63,177 nucleotides of DNA from Candidatus Omnitrophota bacterium (GCA_043806135.1 JAZDHG010000073.1:1-63177), one strand, 5' to 3'. Positions 27,316 through 35,730 are shown, counted from the first letter of the stretch. The notes: generated from the letters alone by a model not told the origin. Translations and numbers: made by a program.

Positions 27316-28353
27316 ATGCTGATTTTAAGAAAACGGATATTGATTACCTGTGTTCTTGCTGTGGTTTCTTTGTTCCTGGTGAGGCCTGTTTTTGTTTATG
27401 CCCAAACAGCACTTGAGAAGTCAGAAAGATATTATCAAAAAGGATTGGAGTTTTATGAAAAAGGCAATTTTAAAGCAGCTGAAGCAGAGTTTAAAAAAGC
27501 AATTTTAGCCAGTTCGCAGGCCAAGGAGCAGTATTATAAGAGCGGGCTTAAGCTTTATGAGCAGGGAAAGTATAAAGAGGCAAGGGTTGAATTTCAGAAG
27601 GCAATTGAAGCGACAAAAAAAGAGAACGATCAGCATTATAAAAAGGGATTGATCCTTTATAATCAGGGGAGATATAAAGAGGCAGAACAGGAATTCCAAA
27701 AGGCGATCTCTACAATAAAGGAAGATAAAAAGGTTGAGCAATTTGTTGAAAGTGAATCTGAACATGGCAGAAAAACTCTGGAATATATTATTGGTAACGG
27801 AGATATGCTTCTTATAAAGGTGTGGCAGAATTCTGATCTTGATGATGAGGTTATTGTGCGCCCGGACGGGAGAATTTCTTTTACCTTGGTCGGCGATGTT
27901 ATGGCAACAGGATTAACTATTAGTGAATTCCGAGTTGATTTAACTGCTAAGCTGCAGGAATTTATCCGCAATCCGCAGGTTTCAGTTTCCATAAAATCAA
28001 TTGGCGGTGAAAAGGTTATTGTTTTGGGCCAGGTGAAAAATCCGGGAGTTTACCAGTTGACAGGAACCAGAACTATTTTGGAAGCTGTAAGTTTAGCCGG
28101 AGGTTTTACGGAACATGCGGTTGAAGACAGCGTGATGCTTATTGAAGGGGGGTTTGAAAAACCTACTCCTAAACGGTTAGACCTGACCAAGGCACTGAAA
28201 CGTGCAGACATAAGCGATAACGTGGTTTTAAAAACGGATGATATGATTTATGTGCCGCGTAAATTCATAAAAGATGTAAATTATTTTTTACAGCAATTCT
28301 TGGATCCGGTTTCACGCGGATTATTTATAAGAAGAGAGCTTAGAGATTTCTGA
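27316..28353 (+). CDS. Wza-like polysaccharide export outer-membrane protein with three N-terminal 34-aa TPR-like repeats
   Basis: A Poly_export motif (YIIGNGDMLLIKVWQNSDL..VRPDGRISFTLVGDVMATGLT) and an SLBB-like region (VIVLGQVKNPGVYQL) are present. Confidence 0.85.
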   Translation: MLILRKRILITCVLAVVSLFLVRPVFVYAQTALEKSERYYQKGLEFYEKGNFKAAEAEFKKAILASSQAKEQYYKSGLKLYEQGKYKEARVEFQKAIEATKKENDQHYKKGLILYNQGRYKEAEQEFQKAISTIKEDKKVEQFVESESEHGRKTLEYIIGNGDMLLIKVWQNSDLDDEVIVRPDGRISFTLVGDVMATGLTISEFRVDLTAKLQEFIRNPQVSVSIKSIGGEKVIVLGQVKNPGVYQLTGTRTILEAVSLAGGFTEHAVEDSVMLIEGGFEKPTPKRLDLTKALKRADISDNVVLKTDDMIYVPRKFIKDVNYFLQQFLDPVSRGLFIRRELRDF

Positions 28354-28687
28354 TACGGACTTAGCCCTGACATATTTCTGCGCAAAAATTTCCCCCATTA
28401 TCTCTCTTGAAGTTCAGTTTAATTGAGAAAAAACCAAAAATATTGGTTCTTTCTTGTTTAGAGTGGCAGAAAGAACCTGGACAATCGCTGCAATCTGTTT
28501 TTCATCAGTGTAATCATGGGCCATTATTGTTTCTATCTAACCACTTCACTCTTATTGTGTTCCAGAAATTCTTTCACCCTAAATAAGAATGGCCCAAAAT
28601 ATTCAGCTTGTTAATAATTTAGGACAATGATAAAATGGGATTGTTGTGAAACACAGGCCTACACAGATAATTAGGGAGAGAGCAGAA

Positions 28688-29992
28688 ATGACGGATATTA
28701 AGTTTATCAGCAAAAACTGTAAGGGGTTTGTATCTGACGGAGAATTAAAAGCTGTTTATAAAGCAATTAAGTTTGTTCACCAGGAATTAAAAGATAAAAC
28801 ATGCCCCGGCAATGGCTATATCGGCTGGCTAAACCTGCCTTCATCTATAGAGGCTTCACTGGTCAGAGATATTGAGTTAACCGCTAAAAGAATAAGGAAA
28901 AACTGTGATGTTTTTATAAGCCTTGGCATAGGGGGATCATATTTGGGGGCAAGGGCGTGTATAGAATTTTTAAAACCTAACTTTGCCAATGAGCTTAAAA
29001 GCGAAACTCCTAAAGTATATTTTTCCGGGCACAACTTAAGTTCGGATTATCTTCATGACTTATTTAATGTTATAAAGAAAAAGAAAGTTATTGTAAATGT
29101 TATCTCAAAGTCCGGGACAACAACGGAAACAGCGGTAGTTTTCAGGATATTAAAGCAATACATGGAAAAATTTTACGGTAAAAAAGGAGTTAAGGACAGA
29201 ATAATCGCGACAACAGATGCAAGAACTGGTGCATTGCGCAAGCTTGCTGAAAATGAGGGGTACAAAACATTTGTAATCCCGGATGATGTCGGGGGAAGGT
29301 TCTCTGTTTTAACGCCGGTAGGGTTACTGCCCATAGCCGTAGCCGGGATTAACATCAGGGAATTATTAAAAGGTGCGCGTGATTTTGAAAAAAAATGCAA
29401 TATGCTTAGTCTGGATGAAAACCCGGCTTATAAATATGCCGGGATAAGGCATATTCTTTATAAAAAAGGAAAAGTTATAGAGGTGTTGTCCAGTTTTCAT
29501 CCAAGCCTGCATTATCTCGGGGAATGGTGGAAGCAACTTTTTGGAGAAAGTGAAGGCAAGGACGGCAAAGGGATATTCCCGGCTGCCTGTGAATTTACAA
29601 CAGACTTGCATTCAATGGGACAGATGATCCAGGACGGACAAAGAAATATATTTGAGACGTTTTTAATAATAGAAAAATCTCAGACAGCAATCAAAGTCCC
29701 CATGATCAAAGATAATATGGATGGATTAAATTATCTTGCAGGTAAGAATATGGGTCATATAAATTATAAAGCTTATGAGGCCACAGCCAGCGCGCATCTT
29801 GAAGGCAATGTGCCTAACCTCAGTGTCATAATACCAAAAAGAACTGCTTTTTATCTGGGACAGCTGTTTTACTTTTTTGAAAAGGCAACGGCAATGTCCG
29901 GATTACTATCAGGGGTAAACCCGTTCAATCAGCCCGGGGTAGAAGCTTATAAGAAGAAAATGTTTAAACTTCTAGGGAAACCCGGCGCTTAA
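28688..29992 (+). CDS. pgi: Glucose-6-phosphate isomerase
   Basis: GIGGSYLGA, GGRFSVLTPVG and GESEGKDGKG are present. I prefer the ATG at 28688 with RBS agggagag to the GTG at 28646. Confidence 0.92.
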   Translation: MTDIKFISKNCKGFVSDGELKAVYKAIKFVHQELKDKTCPGNGYIGWLNLPSSIEASLVRDIELTAKRIRKNCDVFISLGIGGSYLGARACIEFLKPNFANELKSETPKVYFSGHNLSSDYLHDLFNVIKKKKVIVNVISKSGTTTETAVVFRILKQYMEKFYGKKGVKDRIIATTDARTGALRKLAENEGYKTFVIPDDVGGRFSVLTPVGLLPIAVAGINIRELLKGARDFEKKCNMLSLDENPAYKYAGIRHILYKKGKVIEVLSSFHPSLHYLGEWWKQLFGESEGKDGKGIFPAACEFTTDLHSMGQMIQDGQRNIFETFLIIEKSQTAIKVPMIKDNMDGLNYLAGKNMGHINYKAYEATASAHLEGNVPNLSVIIPKRTAFYLGQLFYFFEKATAMSGLLSGVNPFNQPGVEAYKKKMFKLLGKPGA

Positions 29993-30182
29993 AAGTATTT
30001 TAAAAATAAAGTGATTTTTCCTGCTTTTTGCTTGTTTTAAACAGGCAACAGAACTGAAAACCACGGTATAAAAAGCTCCATTTTAAAACATCACATTGAA
30101 AGTGCACTTTCAAACTACTAACTTTAAACATATCTCATTTATCTTCAGATAGTTACTTAAAAATGAAAAAGTCGCTTTTTGT

Positions 30183-30211
30183 TTGCAACCTTCCCTGCTA
30201 TGTGGTATACT
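30183..30211 (+). promoter_or_regulatory. Sigma70-like promoter upstream of the 581-aa gene
   Basis: TTGCAA (30183-30188), a 17-nt spacer, then TATACT (30206-30211). Confidence 0.4.
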
Positions 30212-30279
30212 TTAAAACCTTTTTCAGGATGAAATGTCAACTGAATTTAAACTATAAGGCTTTTAAAACAGGGTAAATA

Positions 30280-32025
30280 ATGATAGGGACAACAAAAGTA
30301 AAATATACTGTGTTCAAAAGCATAATAAGTATTTTTCTTACAAACGCTATATGCTTTTACTCACCTTTGCCTTTAACCCTTAGCGCACAAGAAAACAATA
30401 GAGACATTTCTCTACACAGTACATTATCTCCGCAAATTAATCTTGATATTACGTCACTGCAAAAAGCTTTTTCTGATTTTTTTACTCTAAGAGTGCTTCT
30501 TGATGAGACGAATGCCGTGTTGAAAAAGACGTTGTACAGTGATATTAATGCATTTCGCACGGTAATAATTAATTCGCCGCCGACTCCGGATTTTTTAAAT
30601 TCCCTACTCGAAAATACGCCTGGAGATACACTGCCTTTACCATGGACAGTTGATGAAATTAAGACTTTTTCTGTGTATCTGCCTTCGGTTGTTCATAAGC
30701 TAAAAGAAAGTATCGGAGCAGAAAATTTATTTGAGCTTACCGGAGTTAACGGCGTTTCTGATGAGGATAGAATATTGCGTTCTATATTCCAGCTGCAAAC
30801 GGAATTATCCCAGAGAATTGCTACATTGGATTCTTATATTGTCGAAAACAGGGGTAATTACAAGACATTCTTAAATAAAATATATGTTTACAACAGAATT
30901 ACGGCAATGTTTCTTGCGTTGGGTTTATTAGAAAGAAAAGACGCGCGGTTTATGTCCCATAAAATTGCCCAAGATAAAGGCATAGACCTTCTGATCGAAA
31001 TTAAGAAGAGGTTAATCGAATATTTAGAAATACTGCCGCTGGCTTTTAAGGAGCCGAAAAAGCGTACTTTTAAAGCTTTGCTTACTCCGGAAGAACATAT
31101 TAGGTACGGATATGTTGATTGGGTTAAAGAAAAATTGGGGGATAATTTAGCAGCTATTGTTTTATATGGTTCAGCAACCAGGGAAGAAGAAAATTTCAGT
31201 GATTTTGATAACTGGGTGGTGGTAAAGGATATTGATAAGGCATATAAGGAGTTGAGAGGGGCAGCGATTACTTTAAAGGACGGAAAAGTACTGGTCAAAG
31301 GCAAAGAGGGCAAAGAAGTATCACTGAATATAATTCCGGAATCAGTGTATGCTAAAATTTTTCATTTTAATGCTGTGTGCGATAGGCATATTGACCATTG
31401 TAAAGTACTTTATGGATCTGTTGAGGTGTATGATATCAGCGAAAAAGAAATAATAGAGCGCAGTATAAGCAGTGTATATCTGCGTTTAAAGACACTGAGG
31501 GCAGCGGCATTATGGATAGCGCGTGCTCCGGAAGAGATTGTAGGAAAAATCGCACTTTTTAAATATTTTATTAAAAATACTCAATTTGTAATGAATGTGT
31601 GTATAAATCATATTGAAGGATTGCGCATCGTTTCAAAACAAGAGATTGAAAGGAGGCTCAAAGAAATAGGTATTAAACTCTTTGAATATAAACCTGAACA
31701 GGGGTATATTGCCCGAGCAATGATCCAAACTGCAGTAGATTCTTCGCTATTGCATCGTAAATATTTAGCAGACAGAATCCCTGAGTTTTCCTTTTTAGAT
31801 TTTGAAGCAATTGAGCCGAAAATTAGGGACAGAATGCTGAAAGCATTGAGGAAAAACAGAAAGTCTGATAAGCAGTTTGGGGAAGTAAATATATTGTTTA
31901 CTGGCCGTAGAATATATCGAGTTGATGAAGCAATAACACATAGGGATGAAAGTAAAATGCTAATTAGAAAGGAACTCCTCCCAGCTCCTTTTCTATCCGA
32001 AATTCCAATCCTGCAGTCTATATAA
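30280..32025 (+). CDS. Hypothetical secreted or anchored protein with a nucleotidyltransferase-like domain
   Basis: It has a hydrophobic N-terminus. A central LYGSATREEENFSDFDNWVVV resembles the GS..D.D minimal NTase motif. Otherwise unrecognised. Confidence 0.5.
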   Translation: MIGTTKVKYTVFKSIISIFLTNAICFYSPLPLTLSAQENNRDISLHSTLSPQINLDITSLQKAFSDFFTLRVLLDETNAVLKKTLYSDINAFRTVIINSPPTPDFLNSLLENTPGDTLPLPWTVDEIKTFSVYLPSVVHKLKESIGAENLFELTGVNGVSDEDRILRSIFQLQTELSQRIATLDSYIVENRGNYKTFLNKIYVYNRITAMFLALGLLERKDARFMSHKIAQDKGIDLLIEIKKRLIEYLEILPLAFKEPKKRTFKALLTPEEHIRYGYVDWVKEKLGDNLAAIVLYGSATREEENFSDFDNWVVVKDIDKAYKELRGAAITLKDGKVLVKGKEGKEVSLNIIPESVYAKIFHFNAVCDRHIDHCKVLYGSVEVYDISEKEIIERSISSVYLRLKTLRAAALWIARAPEEIVGKIALFKYFIKNTQFVMNVCINHIEGLRIVSKQEIERRLKEIGIKLFEYKPEQGYIARAMIQTAVDSSLLHRKYLADRIPEFSFLDFEAIEPKIRDRMLKALRKNRKSDKQFGEVNILFTGRRIYRVDEAITHRDESKMLIRKELLPAPFLSEIPILQSI

Positions 32026-32058
32026 CCATATTTTTATCTTCGATAAGTATTCTTTTCC

Positions 32059-32087
32059 TTGACATCCACACAAATGTGTGGTATGGT
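32059..32087 (+). promoter_or_regulatory. Sigma70-like promoter with a palindromic operator-like sequence in its spacer
   Basis: TTGACA (32059-32064), a 17-nt spacer containing ccacacaaatgtgtgg, then TATGGT (32082-32087). Confidence 0.4.
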
Positions 32088-32393
32088 GATAATTACCAGT
32101 GATCAGTGACAATAATCTGTATTGTTTGGGAGATATGTTTACAATGAAAGATGTTATCAGTTGATGGCTGAAAAAACTATTTTTACTTCCGCCACAAAGA
32201 TTGGCGGACAGGCATTCTCCGAGGCGTGCAGAGTAAATCCGAGAATATAAACTGCAGTTGCAGTTTATAAGACCGAGTTATGTATTTCAAGGTCAAAAAT
32301 AGTTATTTTCATCCAAATACTGTCAACACCAAATTACAATAATACAAATAATCAATAACTAGTTAGCTTAAAGCTGAACAAAAGGAGGTAGAA

Positions 32394-32981
32394 ATGGAAT
32401 TGACTAATAAACAGCAGGGAGTGCTCATGTATATCAGAAAAATGATACGTGAGGGACTGCCGCCGACGATCAGAGAAATAGCTTCTGAATTCGGGTTTTC
32501 TTCAACCGGTACGGTCAGGGACTATTTAAGTGCATTGTGTAAAAAGGGCTATATATTACTTGAGGAAAAGAAATCACGGGCAATAGAATTAACAGAAAAA
32601 GCCATGCTTACGATACCGATCTTAGGCCGCGTGCCTGCCGGGGTGCCGGTTTTAGCTATTGAGAACGTTGAGGATTATTTTAATGTGGACAAACTGTTTG
32701 CCCAGAAAGACGAACTGTTTTTTTTGCGGGTACATGGAGACAGCATGATCGAAGCAGGAATTATGCCGGATGATCTTGTGCTGGTTAAAAAACAGCCCTG
32801 CGCTCAGGATAGGGACATAGTTGTCTGCCGGATTGATGGAGAAGTAACTGTAAAAATACTAAGAAGCAGGGAAAATAAATTTTTTCTGGAACCTGCAAAT
32901 AAAAATTATCCGATAATATCGTTAAATGAACGCTCGCAAATAATCGGCAAGGTAATTACGGCAATAAGAAAATATGTTTAA
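32394..32981 (+). CDS. lexA: LexA repressor
   Basis: It has an N-terminal winged HTH (PPTIREIASEFGFSSTGTV), the GDSM Ser site (VHGDSMIEAGI) and a downstream Lys (VTVKIL). Confidence 0.92.
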   Translation: MELTNKQQGVLMYIRKMIREGLPPTIREIASEFGFSSTGTVRDYLSALCKKGYILLEEKKSRAIELTEKAMLTIPILGRVPAGVPVLAIENVEDYFNVDKLFAQKDELFFLRVHGDSMIEAGIMPDDLVLVKKQPCAQDRDIVVCRIDGEVTVKILRSRENKFFLEPANKNYPIISLNERSQIIGKVITAIRKYV

Positions 32982-33261
32982 TCCTGAAGCGCGTTGGGAC
33001 AGGCCCCTTCCACAGGATGAAACCCTGCCCGGACAAGCGATAGATATTGTTGTATCGTTTAAAAGGGGAGGGTTTTTTCCGCTCTGGTTTTTTCTGCACG
33101 GAAATAAGCACATGATTAAAAATGTGCAGTTTGCCTGGCAGGAGAAAAAAGGCGCAGATGTATTCCATCTGTTTAGCGTAACAGACAACAATGATACTCA
33201 ATATACCATTTGTTTCCTGCGCAATAGCATGCGCTGGAGATTGATTTTAGAAGATGCATAG
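32974..33261 (+). CDS. Hypothetical 95-aa protein translationally coupled to lexA
   Basis: Its ATG overlaps the lexA stop (ATGTTTAA). The composition is non-repetitive and protein-like. No family recognised, and competing antisense ORFs exist. Confidence 0.5.
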   Translation: MFNPEARWDRPLPQDETLPGQAIDIVVSFKRGGFFPLWFFLHGNKHMIKNVQFAWQEKKGADVFHLFSVTDNNDTQYTICFLRNSMRWRLILEDA

Positions 33262-33278
33262 CTGATCTCAGCACGAGA

Positions 33279-33430
33279 GACGAGGGACGACCGCCTGCCG
33301 AAAAGCGGCAAGGCTGGGACGAAGTACGAAAAAGCGATGAGCAATAAACGATTTTATTTTTAGCCAGCGGAGAGAGCGTGCTTCCGTCGTCCTAGTGACC
33401 CCGCCGTAATATGGCGGGGGAACGATCATC
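33279..33430. repeat. Copy B of the repeated structured intergenic element (first copy at 6343-6453)
   Basis: It has the same core as copy A. The hairpin is ccccgcc/ggcgggg at 33399-33419, a different sequence with conserved pairing. Confidence 0.75.
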
Positions 33431-33461
33431 CATCGGACTTCGGTTATTAAAATTTTCAATC

Positions 33462-34646
33462 ATGAAAAACGAACGTAAAATACTTCATATCGATATGGAT
33501 GCTTTTTTTGCCTCGGTTGAGCAGGCGGTGAATCCGCGCTTAAAAGGCAAGCCTTTGATCATCGGCGGCAGAGAGGACAAAAGAAGAAGCGTTGTCTGTG
33601 CTGCATCTTATGAAGCAAAAAGATTAGGCATAGACTCAGGCATGAGCACGCAGGAGGCTTTTCGTATCTGCCCTTATGTTGAATTCGTTGCGGCTGATTC
33701 AGCTAAATATCTTTATGTGTCCAAGCAGATCGGGAATTTACTGCATAATTACAGCCCGCAGGTAGAGCAGGCATCTGTGGATGAATTCTACATGGATGTC
33801 ACCGGACTTGATAAAAGATATGGATCATATCTTGAGCTAGGCATGGATATAAAAAATAATATAAAAGGCAGTTTTGATATAACCGGGTCTATCGGTATAT
33901 CTGTGAATCGCTTGATGTCAAAAATTGCATCAAAGCTTAAAAAACCGGACGGAATGGTAATTATGGAAGAGCCGAATATCGCCTGTTTTCTTAAAAATCT
34001 AGCGGTTGAAAAAATCCCGGGTATCGGCAGGAGTTTGAGGGAGCGATTGAATAATTATTCCATATTTTCCTATTCGGATATGTGCAGGGTGCCTGAGGAT
34101 TTTTATGCGGAGAAATTCGGTAAGGTAGGATTATGGATGTTTTCAGTGGCTAACCCGTCTTTATTTGCCGAAGATGATATCCATTGGTTTCATGAGGGTG
34201 ATGCAGCGCCTAAATCTGTAGGACATTCTTATACCCTGCCGCATAACATATATGCGCGTAATGATGTAGAGGCATGGCTGCGTCTTTTATGTGAAATGGT
34301 CGGTTCCCGCCTTAGACGCTATAAACTGGAATCAAGCATACTGCATATTTACCTGCGTAAACCTGATCTTGAATTTATATCCAAGGAAAAGAATTTTATG
34401 GAGTTTACAAATGATTCTGCTGATTTGTTCCGAAGGGCGCTTTTCATATTGGATAAGCTGAAAGCCGCTAAGATGCAGATAAGGGCTTTGGGTGTTACTG
34501 CAAGAGGGCTAGGTGCTTATACTGGTGCTGTTCTTTTTGTAGATCAAAAAAAGCGCAAGCAGTTATTTAACGCGCAGGATGATATTAATCAAAGATATGG
34601 TGACTGGACACTGCATCCGGCAAGCATCCTGTCTATAAGAGAATAG
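33462..34646 (+). CDS. dinB: DNA polymerase IV (Y-family)
   Basis: ILHIDMDAFFASVEQ and the Y-family palm, finger and little-finger layout are present. I prefer the ATG at 33462, because the longer ORF start at 33411 lies inside the repeat element. Confidence 0.92.
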   Translation: MKNERKILHIDMDAFFASVEQAVNPRLKGKPLIIGGREDKRRSVVCAASYEAKRLGIDSGMSTQEAFRICPYVEFVAADSAKYLYVSKQIGNLLHNYSPQVEQASVDEFYMDVTGLDKRYGSYLELGMDIKNNIKGSFDITGSIGISVNRLMSKIASKLKKPDGMVIMEEPNIACFLKNLAVEKIPGIGRSLRERLNNYSIFSYSDMCRVPEDFYAEKFGKVGLWMFSVANPSLFAEDDIHWFHEGDAAPKSVGHSYTLPHNIYARNDVEAWLRLLCEMVGSRLRRYKLESSILHIYLRKPDLEFISKEKNFMEFTNDSADLFRRALFILDKLKAAKMQIRALGVTARGLGAYTGAVLFVDQKKRKQLFNAQDDINQRYGDWTLHPASILSIRE

Positions 34647-34711
34647 AAGGTTTGAATTTATTAAAGGATTCAGTTATAATAAATACGCTTAATTTGCAGA
34701 TGGTTAAAGGT

Positions 34712-34872
34712 ATATCCCGCCCAAAAGCGGCGGGATCAATTCTCTCGCCAAACCGAGGCAAATTGGAGTTGAAATTTTAATAAAATATCCCGCCAGTTTT
34801 GTAAACGACAAAACTAGCGGCGGGATCAATTCGCACAGATCATTTATGTCGCTGTGATCCATAAATGATCTG
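34712..34872 (+). promoter_or_regulatory. Array of three hairpins in the leader of the cupin gene
   Basis: There are two direct copies of atatcccgcc-[loop]-ggcgggatcaattc (34712-34742 and 34785-34832). A 13-bp inverted repeat follows, cagatcatttatg/cataaatgatctg (34836-34872), ending 6 nt before the RBS gaggagg. Confidence 0.6.
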
Positions 34873-34892
34873 CTCATTGAGGAGGTGTTATT

Positions 34893-35162
34893 ATGAATAT
34901 TATTGTTAAAAAGCCGACAGAGAAAGAGCTTAAGGACTTGGGCATAAAAAACTGGGGAACTTGGGAGTGTGCAAAGAGCACTTTTGAATGGACATATTCT
35001 GACAAAGAAACCTGTTATATATATGAAGGAAAGGTAACGGTGATAACTGATGAAGGCGAAGTCAGTTTTCAGTCTGGAGACCTGGTTGTCTTTCCTAAGG
35101 GTTTATCCTGTACATGGATAGTAGAGGAGCCGGTTCGAAAAGTATATAAGTTTGGGGATTAG
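34893..35162 (+). CDS. Small cupin (DUF861/EutQ-like) protein
   Basis: The 89-aa single cupin barrel (..CYIYEGKVTVITDEGEVSFQSGDLVVFPKGLSCTW..) has a strong RBS. Confidence 0.75.
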   Translation: MNIIVKKPTEKELKDLGIKNWGTWECAKSTFEWTYSDKETCYIYEGKVTVITDEGEVSFQSGDLVVFPKGLSCTWIVEEPVRKVYKFGD

Positions 35163-35235
35163 ACTTATTAGTTACGAGTGACGAATTGTCACGAATTGTA
35201 TATTGGAAAAAAGAAAAACTGATAATATAACCTCT

Positions 35236-35272
35236 GGTAATCCTTAGTAACAATTTGTAACCATTAGTAACC
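35236..35272. repeat. Phased word repeat (GTAA every 10 nt, 4 copies)
   Basis: In ggtaatccttagtaacaatttgtaaccattagtaacc, GTAA occurs at offsets 2, 12, 22 and 32. Confidence 0.8.
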
Positions 35273-35294
35273 TTTATATAAAGTAGAGAAAACA

Positions 35295-35633
35295 ATGAGC
35301 TTGAAAAAATGTTTAATTGTTTTATCTATAGTTTCTTTTTTGTTTATTGCGGCTATAGCGGTTGCTGAACAGAAGTATGATCCTCCGTTTCAGATCAGCG
35401 GTATTGTAAAGAAGATAACTGAGGACAGCGTAGAAGTATTTCTGCCTTATATAAACAAACAGGTAACAGTTTTCGTGCCTTCTGATACTGTAATTGTAAA
35501 TAGAATAAAATCTGAGAGTGAAACGTTGAGTTTAAAGGCCATCGCAGCAGAAGATCTGGTCATTATAACAGGGATTTTGCAGGGAGAATCTTTCTGCAGT
35601 AAGAAGATTTCTTTTCTTCATTCTTCTAAATAA
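35295..35633 (+). CDS. Hypothetical secreted protein (112 aa)
   Basis: It has a signal peptide (MSLKKCLIVLSIVSFLFIAAIAVA). No family recognised. Confidence 0.55.
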   Translation: MSLKKCLIVLSIVSFLFIAAIAVAEQKYDPPFQISGIVKKITEDSVEVFLPYINKQVTVFVPSDTVIVNRIKSESETLSLKAIAAEDLVIITGILQGESFCSKKISFLHSSK

Positions 35634-35730
35634 TCCATGTGTCTATAACCCACACCTTTTTAGGGGTACAGATTTTTAAAGAAGGGGAGATAAAATTCCT
35701 TTTCCTTCCGCACAGAAGTCTGATTTGCCC

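Noticed and set aside
28354-28687. A 330-nt gap between the Wza-like gene and pgi containing short broken minus-strand frames (for example MAHDYTDEKQIAAIVQVLSATLNKKEPIF..).
   Set aside because: There are multiple stops in all frames and no recognisable family. It may be a decayed gene remnant, but I cannot support any call.
32922-33201. Two minus-strand ORFs (89 and 81 aa) overlapping the lexA 3' end and orf95.
   Set aside because: They overlap the lexA coding sequence in antisense and have no RBS. The plus-strand orf95 is favoured by its ATGTTTAA coupling to lexA, although orf95 itself remains unproven.
33411-33461. The longer dinB start at 33411 given in the ORF track.
   Set aside because: The extra 17 codons lie inside copy B of the intergenic repeat. 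Y-family polymerases start close to the DMDAFFASVE motif, and the ATG at 33462 gives MKNERKILHIDMDAFF.
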